Below are positions 1 through 9,966 of a DNA stretch of 64,000 nucleotides, one piece after another. Made by a program: the position numbers and the translations under genes. The DNA is from Acidiferrobacter sp. Lineage in GTDB: Bacteria; Pseudomonadota; Gammaproteobacteria; Acidiferrobacterales; Acidiferrobacteraceae. The notes beneath the pieces are model-generated. The model did not search any database. It was not told the origin of the DNA and was given only the letters and a program-made list of their open reading frames with translations. The stretch is from assembly GCA_035530915.1 (NCBI GenBank), contig DATKTV010000037.1:8039-72038 (forward strand), read 5' to 3'. Position 1 is the first letter of the stretch. Every line of letters starts with the position of its first letter.

Positions 1-611
1 TTGCCGCGATTTTGGCACAGGGTCTCATTCCAGACGGCGCCCGCATTCTGGATCTTGGTTGTGGCCAGGGCCTGCTATTGTCATGGCTTACGGTCGCGCG
101 GGATTGCTGGGCGCACGGGACATGGCGACCATCCTGGCCGCCGCCTCCGCAGATCGCGTCCTATCACGGTATCGAGTGGATGGCGCGTGACGTCGAGCGC
201 GCCCGGCGTGCATGCCCTACGGCGACCTTCACATGCGGAGACATCCGCACCGTCCCCTTCGGCTCGGCTACGGTCGTCACGATTTTCGATGTGTTGCACT
301 ACATCGACATCGAGTCCCAGGACCGAATACTGGAGCGGCTACGCACCGCGCTGGCACCCGATGGCCTCCTGCTGCTGCGCATCGGTGACGCCTCAGCCGG
401 ATGGCCGTTCCATTTCAGCCGATGGGTCGATTTTGCCGTGACATCGATTCGCGGGGGGCGGTGGCAGCGCCTGTATTGCCGCTCCCGGCAGGCCTGGGTA
501 GCGCGATTAAATGAGCTGGGTTTTGAGGTAACCGCGCTGCCCATGAGCGAAAGCACGCCGTTTGCCAATGTTTTGCTCGTAGCACACCTGAAGGCTGCCT
601 CCGCGTCATAG
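1..611 (+). CDS. class I SAM-dependent methyltransferase, 5' end probably outside the window
   Basis: SAM-binding motif I (ILDLGCGQG) lies only ~12 aa into the listed ORF. The frame stays open back to base 3, so the N-terminus is likely cut by the window edge. Confidence 0.7.
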   Translation, partial: AAILAQGLIPDGARILDLGCGQGLLLSWLTVARDCWAHGTWRPSWPPPPQIASYHGIEWMARDVERARRACPTATFTCGDIRTVPFGSATVVTIFDVLHYIDIESQDRILERLRTALAPDGLLLLRIGDASAGWPFHFSRWVDFAVTSIRGGRWQRLYCRSRQAWVARLNELGFEVTALPMSESTPFANVLLVAHLKAASAS

Positions 612-756
612 CCGGGGAGGATTCTGGGCACCGAGATCAAGGCGGAAATGTCAGGGGCTCGGCACCCCATGTTTTCGCCTTTGGCCGGAGCGCGGCCGAC
701 AGGTCAGCACGGATCCCCGGCCATAGGCTGGCGCGCCCTTAGGTGTGAGGGGTTCG

Positions 757-1542
757 CTAGGTCTCGCTGTCTTTCGGGCGGATTCGCGCGCCGTAGTGGC
801 GCTTTATAAGGGCCGGCAGCCGCACAAGGAACCCCAGAAATAGGCGTATGTGCATCCTTGTCAATAAAACGTTGTCGCGGAGATAGTGGAAGTGCGACAC
901 GCCGCCCTCACCGGGAGTCACGTACCGGACGGTTGCGGGAACATTGATCGCCGGCACGCCTTGCCAGCTCATTCGAACCACGGCCTCGGCATCGAAGTCA
1001 AAGCGCCGCATGCCGCGTTGTGAGGACATAATGGTGCGTAGCGGCGAGACCGGATAGACCCGAAATCCAAAAAGGGAATCGCCAATCCCCGCCCATGGCG
1101 TTTCAAAATTCACCCACCGGTTCGATATCCTCCGGCCATAGACGCGAAGCCTGGGGGCGCCAGCGTCAAAAACGGGAACGCCCAACACCATGGCCTCGGG
1201 ATGTGCTTGCGAGGTTTTCATGAAGATCGGTATGAGGGCGGCCGGGTGCTGTCCATCAGAATCCATCGTGAGCACATGCGTATATCCGGCCGCCTCCGCA
1301 AACACGAGGCCGGCCAAAACCGCAGCGCCCTTGCCTTGATTGCCCGCCAATGCGATGACACGCAATCCTGGGTCGGCCGCTGCCAGGGCCTGCAGGCCCT
1401 CACATGTGCCATCGGTGCTGCCATCTACTACGACCCAGACCGGGCCCCAATAGTGCCGTGCCATCGCTATGGTTTCATACACGATCGGGCCCGGGTTGTA
1501 GCTCGGAATAAGAACAAGATGAGTCCTGGAGAGTTCCGGCAT
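757..1542 (-). CDS. family 2 glycosyltransferase
   Basis: LIPSYNPGP...VVDGSTDGT and a DxD-like TMDSDGQH motif, typical of GT-A/GT2. A 261-aa ORF packed against the next gene. Confidence 0.8.
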   Translation of the reverse strand: MPELSRTHLVLIPSYNPGPIVYETIAMARHYWGPVWVVVDGSTDGTCEGLQALAAADPGLRVIALAGNQGKGAAVLAGLVFAEAAGYTHVLTMDSDGQHPAALIPIFMKTSQAHPEAMVLGVPVFDAGAPRLRVYGRRISNRWVNFETPWAGIGDSLFGFRVYPVSPLRTIMSSQRGMRRFDFDAEAVVRMSWQGVPAINVPATVRYVTPGEGGVSHFHYLRDNVLLTRMHIRLFLGFLVRLPALIKRHYGARIRPKDSET

Positions 1543-1550
1543 AACTATCC

Positions 1551-2318
1551 CTATCGTGGCGAAGGCCGCGTCTTTTCGGCTAACTGCCCGAGCGCCGGGC
1601 CAAAGTATTCTTCGAGATCCGCGGCGAACATGTGCGCATCAGTGGGCGGGTCGAACCGCTTGCCCAATTCTACACGAACATGGATGGGCGTCCGCGGAAT
1701 GCGTGAAAACGGCCAGGATTTTCCGAGAAACTCGGAATCGGTCCAGATCAGGACGGCCTGAATGGGTGTCTGCGCGCGCTTGGCAATGACGCCGATCCCA
1801 CCCCGGATCGGGCCAACAGGGGGCCGGTTCGTGCGCGTGCCCTCGGGAAACAGGAGCAGATGGCGCCCAGCCTTCAGTTCCGCTACGGCCGCGTGGATCA
1901 TGCCGCGCGACGTGTCGTTGCGGATATAACGGCAGAGGCGGGCACCGGCGCCGAGAAAGAGATTATCAGCAATCTCCGCTTTCATGACACAGGCGAGGTT
2001 AGGTATGCGCGAAAGCGCGATGATCGCGTCCAGAAGCGAGGGGTGGTTGGGCGCGATAACCATGGGTCCGGCCGCTCCCACCGCGTCCAGCGCGGCCATG
2101 TCGATGCGGTAGGCGCCGATCAACGCGAGCGCCTTCAAATAGGCGCGAAACGAGTTCCTGGCCACCCCTCGCCCCACCGAACGGCCGAGCTTTTCCGGTA
2201 AGATCCAAACGAGCGGCAAGGCGATGAGCGACCACAAGAGGCTCATAAGTGCGCCGAGCGCGAGCCCGACGACGAAGCGTATGGCGTCAAGCGTCGTATC
2301 CACGGGGCCGCGGCTCAT
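1551..2318 (-). CDS. lysophospholipid / 1-acylglycerol-3-phosphate acyltransferase (PlsC family)
   Basis: HX4D acyltransferase motif (NHPSLLD) and FPEGTRT motif. N-terminal hydrophobic segment. Confidence 0.8.
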   Translation of the reverse strand: MSRGPVDTTLDAIRFVVGLALGALMSLLWSLIALPLVWILPEKLGRSVGRGVARNSFRAYLKALALIGAYRIDMAALDAVGAAGPMVIAPNHPSLLDAIIALSRIPNLACVMKAEIADNLFLGAGARLCRYIRNDTSRGMIHAAVAELKAGRHLLLFPEGTRTNRPPVGPIRGGIGVIAKRAQTPIQAVLIWTDSEFLGKSWPFSRIPRTPIHVRVELGKRFDPPTDAHMFAADLEEYFGPALGQLAEKTRPSPR

Positions 2319-3129
2319 GACGGCTCACTAGCCACTGGCTTTGGCTCTACGCCCCGTCCGCGGCCGCTGGCTGACAACAGTCCTCGCAGGCGAGCTCGGG
2401 GTCTCGTGCGCCCCTTTGGTCGAACACCGGATCATGCCGTTCGGTTCCAATCGGTAACCCTCCATAAGGCCGAGAGCAGGCCTCGGCATGACCCCACCAC
2501 CCGCTTCGCCCCGCGACCGCCCCTCCGAAGGCAGTGCGCGGCGACCTTAACCGCGCGACTCGCCCCTTAAGCTTACAGGTTGGGTGACGTCTTCGGTCAA
2601 GGCCCTCGGGCGAGGTCTTGCTGCCTAGAACGCCGCCTGGGTCACTGTTCGCTTGGCGTCGCACTAGGCCACCGCAACCACCACACTCAATATCGGGATT
2701 ATGGTGGGAGAGACTTTGTAAGCACAAGCGCTTTGCCCGTGTTCCGCGTCCCGTGGCGTCTGGGTCGCCCGAAGAGATCGCGACTGAGCGAAGACTTGGC
2801 CGTCTGCGGCGGTCGCGCCATCACCGGGCGTCATCCGCCACCTCCCTGGTGTGCCGCGTGATTATGGCACCAAACACTGCGCGCCTTGACGCTCACCATA
2901 AGCGTTCGTGGCCTACATTCTGCCCGTCACCGCCGGGGAGACTGTTTCCCTTCACTAGGGACCGGCGCGCAAGCCCCCCGTCAACGGCCTGCACTAGGAT
3001 CGGTGTTTCTTCGAGGACGCTCGACGATCTTTGTCAATAACAGGGTAGCAACTTGGTCAGGGCCCGCTATCCTAGAAAGAGGGCCTGCGCCCACAAATAA
3101 TCTGCGTTAGGGGCTAAGGACGAGATTCC

Positions 3130-3861
3130 ATGGTCGAACTGATCGCCCACAGGGGCTATGCGTATCGCTTTCCGGAAAATACCCTAGTGGCGCTGGAGGC
3201 CGCCGTAGCTGCGGGGGCTCGCTATGTCGAGGTCGATGTCCAGCTCACATCAGACAAGGTCCCGATCCTGTTTCACGACCATGACTGCCTGCGACTTTGC
3301 GGGGTGCCGGGGACTGTCGATGAGCGCTCGTACACGGCGATTCGCAACCTGCGGGCCGCGTGGCCGGCGCGCTTTGGTGACCTCTTTCGCGATAACCCAC
3401 TCACCAGCCTAGCGGAGCTAGCCGAGTTTCTTGCGCGCCACCCGGGCGTCACCGCCTTTGTCGAAATCAAGCGTCAAGCCGTCAAGCGTTTCGGCGCCAA
3501 AGCCGTAGTCGAGGCCAGCCATGCCACATTGCGCGCCGTGCTCTCGCAGACGGTCGCGATCTCGTATTCGTTGCCCGCGCTGAAGGTCGCTCGCAAGCTG
3601 TTCCCGCGGATCGGCTTTGTAAGCGACAGTTACCTGCCATTCCAGTCGCGTAGCGTCCAAGCGCTGGCGCCTGAGTTCCATTTTTGCGACCTGAAAGGAT
3701 TGCCGCCACAGGGGGCGCTGGCGCGCGCGGATCGCATTCTGGCGGTCTATGAAGTAGATGATGCCGCCTGCGCACGCGATCTCGGGGCGCGCGGCGTCGG
3801 TTTGGTCGAGACCTTCCAGATCGCGGAGCTACGCTCCGCGCTTGCGGCCTTGACGCCATGA
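3130..3861 (+). CDS. glycerophosphodiester phosphodiesterase family protein
   Basis: IAHRGYAYRFPENT and EVDVQLTSDKVPILFHD, the GDPD-family signature. Confidence 0.8.
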   Translation: MVELIAHRGYAYRFPENTLVALEAAVAAGARYVEVDVQLTSDKVPILFHDHDCLRLCGVPGTVDERSYTAIRNLRAAWPARFGDLFRDNPLTSLAELAEFLARHPGVTAFVEIKRQAVKRFGAKAVVEASHATLRAVLSQTVAISYSLPALKVARKLFPRIGFVSDSYLPFQSRSVQALAPEFHFCDLKGLPPQGALARADRILAVYEVDDAACARDLGARGVGLVETFQIAELRSALAALTP

Positions 3862-5021
3862 CCGACCATTTTGACATAGTCGTAATCGGTGGCGGCATCC
3901 ACGGCGTAGGCGTGGCCCAGGCCGCCGCCGTGCGCGGTTATCGGATACGGCTCCTAGAGCAGGCCGTGCTCGCCGCCGGCACCTCAAGCCGCTCCTCGAA
4001 GCTCATTCACGGCGGCTTGCGTTACCTGGAGTCCGGACAAATCGCGCTCGTGCGCGAATCCCTGCGCGAGCGTGAGATCCTGCTCGCCATTGCGCCAAGC
4101 CTTGTCGAGCGCAAAGCCTTCCATATCCCCATCTACACCAATAGCCGGCGTACGCCCACGCGCATCGCAATCGGCCTGATGCTCTACCGGCTCCTGGCGC
4201 GCGGCCCCTACGGGAGCTTTCAACGAATCCCGGCACGGCAATGGGACACGCTAGACGGCTTGAAGACCGCGGGACTGAAAGCGGTGTTTCGCTACTACGA
4301 TGCGCAAACGGACGACGTGGCGCTTACCGAGGCCGTGGCCCGATCCGCTGCGGAGTTGGGTGCCGATATTCAAACCGGCGCACGGGTCACCGCAATCGAA
4401 CGCACAACATCTGGCTACGATGTCCGTTTCGAACATAATGGGTCAGTGGAATCGTGCCATGCGCTCACGGTCGTGAATGCGACCGGTCCGTGGGTTGCCC
4501 AAACCTTGAATTGCGTGTCACCGCCACCGCCGCGCCTGAACCACGACTTAGTCCAAGGATCCCACATCGTGACTACGGGCACGCTCACACAAGGCGTCTA
4601 TTATGCCGAGGCGCCGGCAGACGGGCGTGCCGTTTTCCTGATGCCGTGGCGCGGACAGATCTTGACCGGCACCACCGAGACGCTCTATGTCGGCGATCCG
4701 GGTCAGGCCACGCCCACAGCAGGCGAAATCGCCTATCTGCAAGAGGTCCTGGCCACCTATTTTCCGGGGCTTTCCACTCAGGTCGAGGCCAGCTTTGCGG
4801 GCCTTCGAGTATTATTGAAGACCGCCCAGGGCCTGAATGCCCGCGCCCGTGGGACTGTATTCCTGACCGACGACCCGGTCCCCCGGCTCATCAGCATCTT
4901 TGGCGGCAAACTCACCGATTACCGCAGCACCGCAGACCAGGTCGTGGCGCGGTTCGCGGGCGTTTTACCGGCTCGCGTCCCCCGCGTCGATACCCGCCAA
5001 CTCGTCCTCCCCACTACGTAG
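3858..5021 (+). CDS. FAD-dependent oxidoreductase, glycerol-3-phosphate dehydrogenase-like (short form)
   Basis: N-terminal DIVVIGGGIHGVG dinucleotide fold and SSRSSKLIHGGLRYLE, as in GlpD/GlpA. 4-nt overlap with the upstream GDPD gene. Confidence 0.75.
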   Translation: MTDHFDIVVIGGGIHGVGVAQAAAVRGYRIRLLEQAVLAAGTSSRSSKLIHGGLRYLESGQIALVRESLREREILLAIAPSLVERKAFHIPIYTNSRRTPTRIAIGLMLYRLLARGPYGSFQRIPARQWDTLDGLKTAGLKAVFRYYDAQTDDVALTEAVARSAAELGADIQTGARVTAIERTTSGYDVRFEHNGSVESCHALTVVNATGPWVAQTLNCVSPPPPRLNHDLVQGSHIVTTGTLTQGVYYAEAPADGRAVFLMPWRGQILTGTTETLYVGDPGQATPTAGEIAYLQEVLATYFPGLSTQVEASFAGLRVLLKTAQGLNARARGTVFLTDDPVPRLISIFGGKLTDYRSTADQVVARFAGVLPARVPRVDTRQLVLPTT

Positions 5022-6440
5022 GTGCGCCATCAGGTCATGCCAGCAACGGAAGCGCTCGCTGAGACCCTCATTTTCGGCGGGCCAAAAGGTCTGCTCCTGA
5101 CTGCTCTTTGGCCACTCTCCAGGGGTGCCCGCCACCAGAAACGCGAGCCCACGCGCCGTACCCTCGGGTTCGCCGGGGCGGCGCACACTCAGGCCGCTTA
5201 GGTTCGCAAGGGCTTGGCAGATTCCGTCGTGCTCGGCCATCCCACCAGTCAGGACAAGTCCTGCGCACGGGCCAGTCTGGACCTGTATGGCGTCGATATT
5301 TTCGTTGATCAGAAAGATCACGCTCTCGATGATGGCGGCGGCCTTAGCCGGGATGGTGCCGTCCCCCGCAAAACGCGGCGCGACGTCCGGGAGCCAGTAG
5401 GGCGACCCTAAGCCGCCTACGGTGTTCAGAAAAAACGGGCGAGGGTCGGCGTTTGCTAGCAGCGAATCGCAATGCAAGGCGAGATCGGGGTAGGGTAGCG
5501 CGGCACTTCCCCAGGTGAGCGCGGCGCCAGCACCATTGACCGTTCCTTCAACGACGCTCACGCTCTCCTGGTCGTCTTGAAAAGCGATACTCCAAAGAAG
5601 CGGCCCCGGATCGACCATTGCATGGGCGGTCGGGCGCTGCAGGAAGGCGCCGGTCCCGATGTTGATATAGATGGTATCGGGGCGGGGCATGCCCTCGCTA
5701 AAGAGCGCAGCCGCCTGATCGCCGGTCATAACGGCGAGCGGGACGTGCGCCCCGCCCACCCGCAGCCCACCGAAGGAGTAGCGGCTCGGCACGCAGTTCG
5801 GCAGGATCTGCTCGGAGATGCCGAATATCTGCAAAAGCTCTGGGTCCCAGTCGCGGCGCTGTCGGCTCCAAAGGAGGGTGCGGCCGGCATTCGCTGGATC
5901 TACGAACAACGGTTGTGGAACCACCAACCGAAACGCCAAGAAGCTCGCCAGCGGCCCGATAATCAGGTGTCCCGCCTTTTCGGCGGCACGCACAGCCAGG
6001 ATGTGGTCTAGACACCAACGCATCTTGAGTGCCCCATAGTGCGGCGACAGCACAAGGCCGGTGTGGTCGCGTATGGTAAATGCGTGCGCCTTGTATGCCG
6101 GCAACAGGCTGGTCGCACGCCGGTCTTGCCAACTTAAGATCGGCGATAGCGCCCGCCCCGTGCGGCTATCCCAGCAGACAAGGCTCGCGCGCTGGGTGGC
6201 AAGCCCGGCGGCCGCGATATTTTGCGCAGCCGGGGCGCCTAAAACACGCAATACCCCCGCTACCGCCCGGCCCAGCGAGGCTACGACCTCTTCGGGGTCC
6301 TGTTCCAGCATGTCTGGTTGGGGGCTCTGGCTGGATACGACCACGCTGCTGCGAGCTAGTGCCCCGCCCGCCGCATCGAAAATGATGGCGCGAGTGGCGT
6401 GCCCCCCTTGGTCCAAGGCGAGATAGAACGGCTGACCCAT
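4965..6440 (-). CDS. FGGY-family carbohydrate (glycerol-like) kinase
   Basis: 491 aa. N-terminal YLALDQGGHATRAIIFD and C-terminal LVLTGGMAE resemble FGGY kinase phosphate-binding motifs. Sits among glycerol-related genes. Confidence 0.7.
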   Translation of the reverse strand: MGQPFYLALDQGGHATRAIIFDAAGGALARSSVVVSSQSPQPDMLEQDPEEVVASLGRAVAGVLRVLGAPAAQNIAAAGLATQRASLVCWDSRTGRALSPILSWQDRRATSLLPAYKAHAFTIRDHTGLVLSPHYGALKMRWCLDHILAVRAAEKAGHLIIGPLASFLAFRLVVPQPLFVDPANAGRTLLWSRQRRDWDPELLQIFGISEQILPNCVPSRYSFGGLRVGGAHVPLAVMTGDQAAALFSEGMPRPDTIYINIGTGAFLQRPTAHAMVDPGPLLWSIAFQDDQESVSVVEGTVNGAGAALTWGSAALPYPDLALHCDSLLANADPRPFFLNTVGGLGSPYWLPDVAPRFAGDGTIPAKAAAIIESVIFLINENIDAIQVQTGPCAGLVLTGGMAEHDGICQALANLSGLSVRRPGEPEGTARGLAFLVAGTPGEWPKSSQEQTFWPAENEGLSERFRCWHDLMAHLRSGEDELAGIDAGDASR

Positions 6441-6473
6441 GAGTCCTTCCTAGATAATCCCTGTAGGAGAAGA

Positions 6474-6911
6474 TTATAGAGGCAATTTTGGCAACAGGCG
6501 GAGCATCTCGTGGAGGCGCACGCGCAGGGCGTCTTCGCTGAGCGTTTCCCGGCCCCGCGGCGCGCGGTGCGGGGCCGTCCAGACGCTATCGGGAAAAAAG
6601 GGGTCGTCGAAAAATCGTGGGATCACATGCCAGTGCAGATGAGGTACTTGGTTGCCGAGCGAGGCGATATTCATCTTTGTCGGCCGAAGGGCCGCACGCA
6701 AAACCGTCTCGACTGCCAGCACCACATCGAGGAGATGGTGTTGCTCTAGGCGGTTCAGATCCGTCATTTCCTGCACATGCGCGCGCCACACGACGCGGCA
6801 GAAATGGCCGATGCCGGGGATCTCGGCGCGAACGACGAGGCAGTGCGCATCGAACCAAAGCGCCTCGGCCGGGTCTAGGCCGCACAACGGACAACCATCG
6901 GAATGGGACAC
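6474..6911 (-). CDS. HIT (histidine triad) family protein
   Basis: Histidine triad HLHWHVIPR near the C-terminus. Confidence 0.85.
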   Translation of the reverse strand: MSHSDGCPLCGLDPAEALWFDAHCLVVRAEIPGIGHFCRVVWRAHVQEMTDLNRLEQHHLLDVVLAVETVLRAALRPTKMNIASLGNQVPHLHWHVIPRFFDDPFFPDSVWTAPHRAPRGRETLSEDALRVRLHEMLRLLPKLPL

Positions 6912-6972
6912 GGCGGAAGACTAGCACAAGGTCTTTCGGGCCTGCTAGCTTAAGGGGTCTTTTCTCTCTAGA

Positions 6973-7650
6973 ATGGCCCTTTGGGAGCGAGCCATGATCG
7001 ACTGGGATTCGGTAGAAACAGTATTTCTCGATATGGACGGCACGCTGCTGGACTTGCACTTTGACAATCACTTCTGGCAAGAACACGTGCCGCTGCGCTA
7101 TGCCGAGCAAAACGGGCTTCCGTTAGATGAGGCCAAGGCAGTTTTGTATCAGCGCTTCCGGCGCGACGAGGGGACGCTGAACTGGTATAGCGTCGACTAC
7201 TGGAGCGATGAGCTGGCCCTCGATATCGCCAAGCTGAAAGAAGAGGTCGCCGAGCGCATCGGCATGCGGCCCCATGTCGAGGAGTTCTTGGCGGCTACGC
7301 GGGACGCGGGCAAGCGGCTAGTCCTCGTCACAAACGCCCACGGAAAAACCGTGGCCTTGAAGTTTCGCGAGACTCGAATCGACCAGTATATGGATGCGGT
7401 AGTTTGTGCGCACGACCTGGGGATCGCCAAGGAACATCCGCCCTTTTGGGGGCAGCTGCGCGAACTGCAACCCTTCGATCCCGCGCGCACCCTGTTGATC
7501 GACGACAGCCTGCCGGTCTTGCGGTGTGCGCGCACCTATGGCATCAAGCATCTGCTAGCGGTGCGCAAACCCGACCTGCGGGCTCCGGACAAGGATTGTG
7601 CCGAATTCACCGCCATTGACTCGTTTCGTTCCCTGTTGCCGATCCGCTAG
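6973..7650 (+). CDS. HAD-superfamily hydrolase (YrfG-type nucleotidase-like)
   Basis: VFLDMDGTLLD (HAD motif I) and LIDDS (motif IV). The true start may be the internal Met at 6994. Confidence 0.75.
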   Translation: MALWERAMIDWDSVETVFLDMDGTLLDLHFDNHFWQEHVPLRYAEQNGLPLDEAKAVLYQRFRRDEGTLNWYSVDYWSDELALDIAKLKEEVAERIGMRPHVEEFLAATRDAGKRLVLVTNAHGKTVALKFRETRIDQYMDAVVCAHDLGIAKEHPPFWGQLRELQPFDPARTLLIDDSLPVLRCARTYGIKHLLAVRKPDLRAPDKDCAEFTAIDSFRSLLPIR

Positions 7651-7651
7651 G

Positions 7652-9004
7652 ATGCGGGCGATTGCTACCGCAATCACGCTGCTCGTGCTGTCCGGCTGTG
7701 CGGCCTATACTGCTAAGCCCTTACGTAAGCCCGCGCTCGCCGATTTGCGGTCACCCACGCAATCTGCGCTCGCGCAGGCCGCGCGCCGCCTACGGGTCCC
7801 GGGCATGTCGCCGATTGCGCTGAATTTCCGTAAACCGCTGACCGGCAAGGAGCTCGGGGTCATCGCCGTGCTCGCCAACCCGGCGCTGCGCGCCTTGCGG
7901 GCCCGCGCCCGGATTGCGCGCGCCCAGGTTTTTGCCGCCGGTCTCTTGCCCGACCCGGTCATTCAGTTCAGCGCCTTGCAGCCGTACGGGGCGGGGGCCG
8001 CCGGGCACACGGTCGCGCTCGCCGATGGGTTTTTGTGGGACCTCTCGAGTCTTGTGACCCGCGCCACGAATATTCGCCAAGCAAAGGCGCACGCCATGGC
8101 AATTCACTATGAGATTGCGTGGCGGGAATGGGTGGCCGCCAATCGCGCTCGCCTCACCGCGCGGCGGCTTTATTGGCTGGGCCAAGATTGGGAAATGGCC
8201 CGCAAGGCGGAGGTGCTGTGGGGTCCTCATGGCGCGCTCCTGGCACAAGATGCACGCGCCCACTTGATTTCGGGGGCTAAGGCCTTGGCTTGGGAGGCTG
8301 CCTGGGATCGCCTGCGCGTAAAAACGGCCGCCCTGCATCGCGCCTGGGCACGCACGCGCTTCAACCTGAACAAGCAATTAGGCCTCCCTCCGGACGCGGT
8401 GCCTGTTATCGCACCACCTACGACCACGGTCCCGCCGCCGGGGTCGGCGCGCCAGCTTTTCCATGGCGCCCTGGCGAGACGGCTCGATCTCATAGCACTG
8501 GTGTCCGCCTACCATAGTGCAGACAGCGCGCTTTTGCGCGCCGTGCTCGATCAGTACCCGCGCTTGAGTCTTGGCTTCGCGGGCGCCCGTGACACCAGCG
8601 GACTCAATCAGGCCGGCATTCAATTGAGTCTTGTGCTGCCGCTTTTTAACCGGGGACGCGGGGCGGTCGCGGTCGCGCGGGCGCGCCGCGCCGCGCTCTT
8701 TAAGGGTTATGTGGCAAGGCTTGCCGAGGCCCGTTCGCAGATCTACGGCTTGTGGGCCCGCGACCGAAGCCTTGCCCGCGAGATCCGTGGATTAAAGGGC
8801 CGCAGTCGGGCCCTAAGCCGTCTTGCGCAGGCCGCGAATCGCGCCTACCGGGCCCACGCCTTAGGCCTTTTCCCCTACCTTGCCTTGATGCAGGAGTCTC
8901 TCGCCATGCACCTACAAATGACGGATCTGCGGCTGTCCCGCGCCGCGGCCGATATCGCGCTGCAAACCGCAACGGGTACCCCCTGGTCGAGTAGCCGTTC
9001 GTGA
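7652..9004 (+). CDS. efflux outer-membrane factor lipoprotein (TolC/NodT family)
   Basis: Start moved to MRAIATAITLLVLSGCAAY, a lipobox (LSGC). Helix-rich, Ala/Arg/Leu-rich repeats typical of OMFs. Followed by adaptor and RND pump with 4-nt overlaps. Confidence 0.8.
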   Translation: MRAIATAITLLVLSGCAAYTAKPLRKPALADLRSPTQSALAQAARRLRVPGMSPIALNFRKPLTGKELGVIAVLANPALRALRARARIARAQVFAAGLLPDPVIQFSALQPYGAGAAGHTVALADGFLWDLSSLVTRATNIRQAKAHAMAIHYEIAWREWVAANRARLTARRLYWLGQDWEMARKAEVLWGPHGALLAQDARAHLISGAKALAWEAAWDRLRVKTAALHRAWARTRFNLNKQLGLPPDAVPVIAPPTTTVPPPGSARQLFHGALARRLDLIALVSAYHSADSALLRAVLDQYPRLSLGFAGARDTSGLNQAGIQLSLVLPLFNRGRGAVAVARARRAALFKGYVARLAEARSQIYGLWARDRSLAREIRGLKGRSRALSRLAQAANRAYRAHALGLFPYLALMQESLAMHLQMTDLRLSRAAADIALQTATGTPWSSSRS

Positions 9005-9966
9005 GGCGGCTTAGTTGGGGGCTACTCGCCTTTTCCGGGATAGCCTGTGCCCAGCCGATGCTGGTAAAGGTGGTACCGGTCGTCACCCAGTCGTTCCGCC
9101 CCGCGATCATGGCGTACGGGCGCGTCCATAGCCCTGACCACACCGTGCTGGAGGCCCCTTACGACGCCCTCATGGGACCGCTTTTGGTCGCCCCCGGCAG
9201 TCACGTCAAGGCCGGGGCCGTGATCGTGCGACTCCTTCCGTTGCAGCTTGCCGGTACTGTCCGGGCCCTGAATGCCCGCGTATTGGCGGCCAAGACCGCC
9301 TCTCAACAGGGCCAAATCCTGGCGCGCCAGGGATTGATCACGCCGGCGCATGCACGCGCCTTAAGGGCGGCGTGGCAGACCGATGTCGAGGCCCGGCTAG
9401 CCGCCACCGCGCGCCTCGCCCGCGGGACGGTGCGCGCGCCGTTTGCCGGCAACGTGCATTACCGCGCTGCACCCGGCGCCTGGCTCAATCGGGGCGCGGT
9501 CGTGGCCAAGATGGCCGGGCGCGGCGGCCTCTACGAGACGGCGGACCTGACGCTAAGCCAGGCCGCGCAAGTTTATGTCGGTGCACGGGCCGCGATCGGC
9601 ACGCCATCTCAGACCGATAAGGGGCGGGTGTACGCCGTAGCTACGCGCGTCGACGGCCTGGGGCTTGTGCGGGCCTATATTCATGACCTGCACGCCAATC
9701 TCCGTCCAGGACAGGTCATCCGACTTACGCTTTTGGGCCATCAGCGCACGGCGCTGGCGGTGCCCCGTACCGCGCTGGTCGTGCGCCACGCGAGACCCTG
9801 GGTCTTTGTTGTCGAGGCCGGTCATGCGCACCCGGTCGCCGTAGCGATCCTGCACCTAGGTGTGCACACGGCCTTCGTCGCGGCCCGCGCGCTGCACGGG
9901 GCCTCGGTCATTGATACCAAGGTGGCCCGGCTGCGCCCCGGCACGACCGTTCAGGTCGCTCCGTGA
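9001..9966 (+). CDS. efflux RND periplasmic adaptor subunit (membrane fusion protein)
   Basis: N-terminal signal-like segment. Lies between the OMF and RND genes with ATGA/GTGA-type overlaps on both sides. Size fits an MFP. Confidence 0.65.
   Translation: MRRLSWGLLAFSGIACAQPMLVKVVPVVTQSFRPAIMAYGRVHSPDHTVLEAPYDALMGPLLVAPGSHVKAGAVIVRLLPLQLAGTVRALNARVLAAKTASQQGQILARQGLITPAHARALRAAWQTDVEARLAATARLARGTVRAPFAGNVHYRAAPGAWLNRGAVVAKMAGRGGLYETADLTLSQAAQVYVGARAAIGTPSQTDKGRVYAVATRVDGLGLVRAYIHDLHANLRPGQVIRLTLLGHQRTALAVPRTALVVRHARPWVFVVEAGHAHPVAVAILHLGVHTAFVAARALHGASVIDTKVARLRPGTTVQVAP

Noticed and set aside
2319-3129. tmRNA, RNase P RNA, SRP RNA or a cobalamin riboswitch in the long gap
   Set aside because: On either strand I found no GGAAAGTCCGGGC-type RNase P core, no tRNA-like GGTTCGA..CCACCA end with a tag reading frame, and no B12 box preceded by GGGAA/GGTG elements. 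Kept only as an unexplained gap in the findings.
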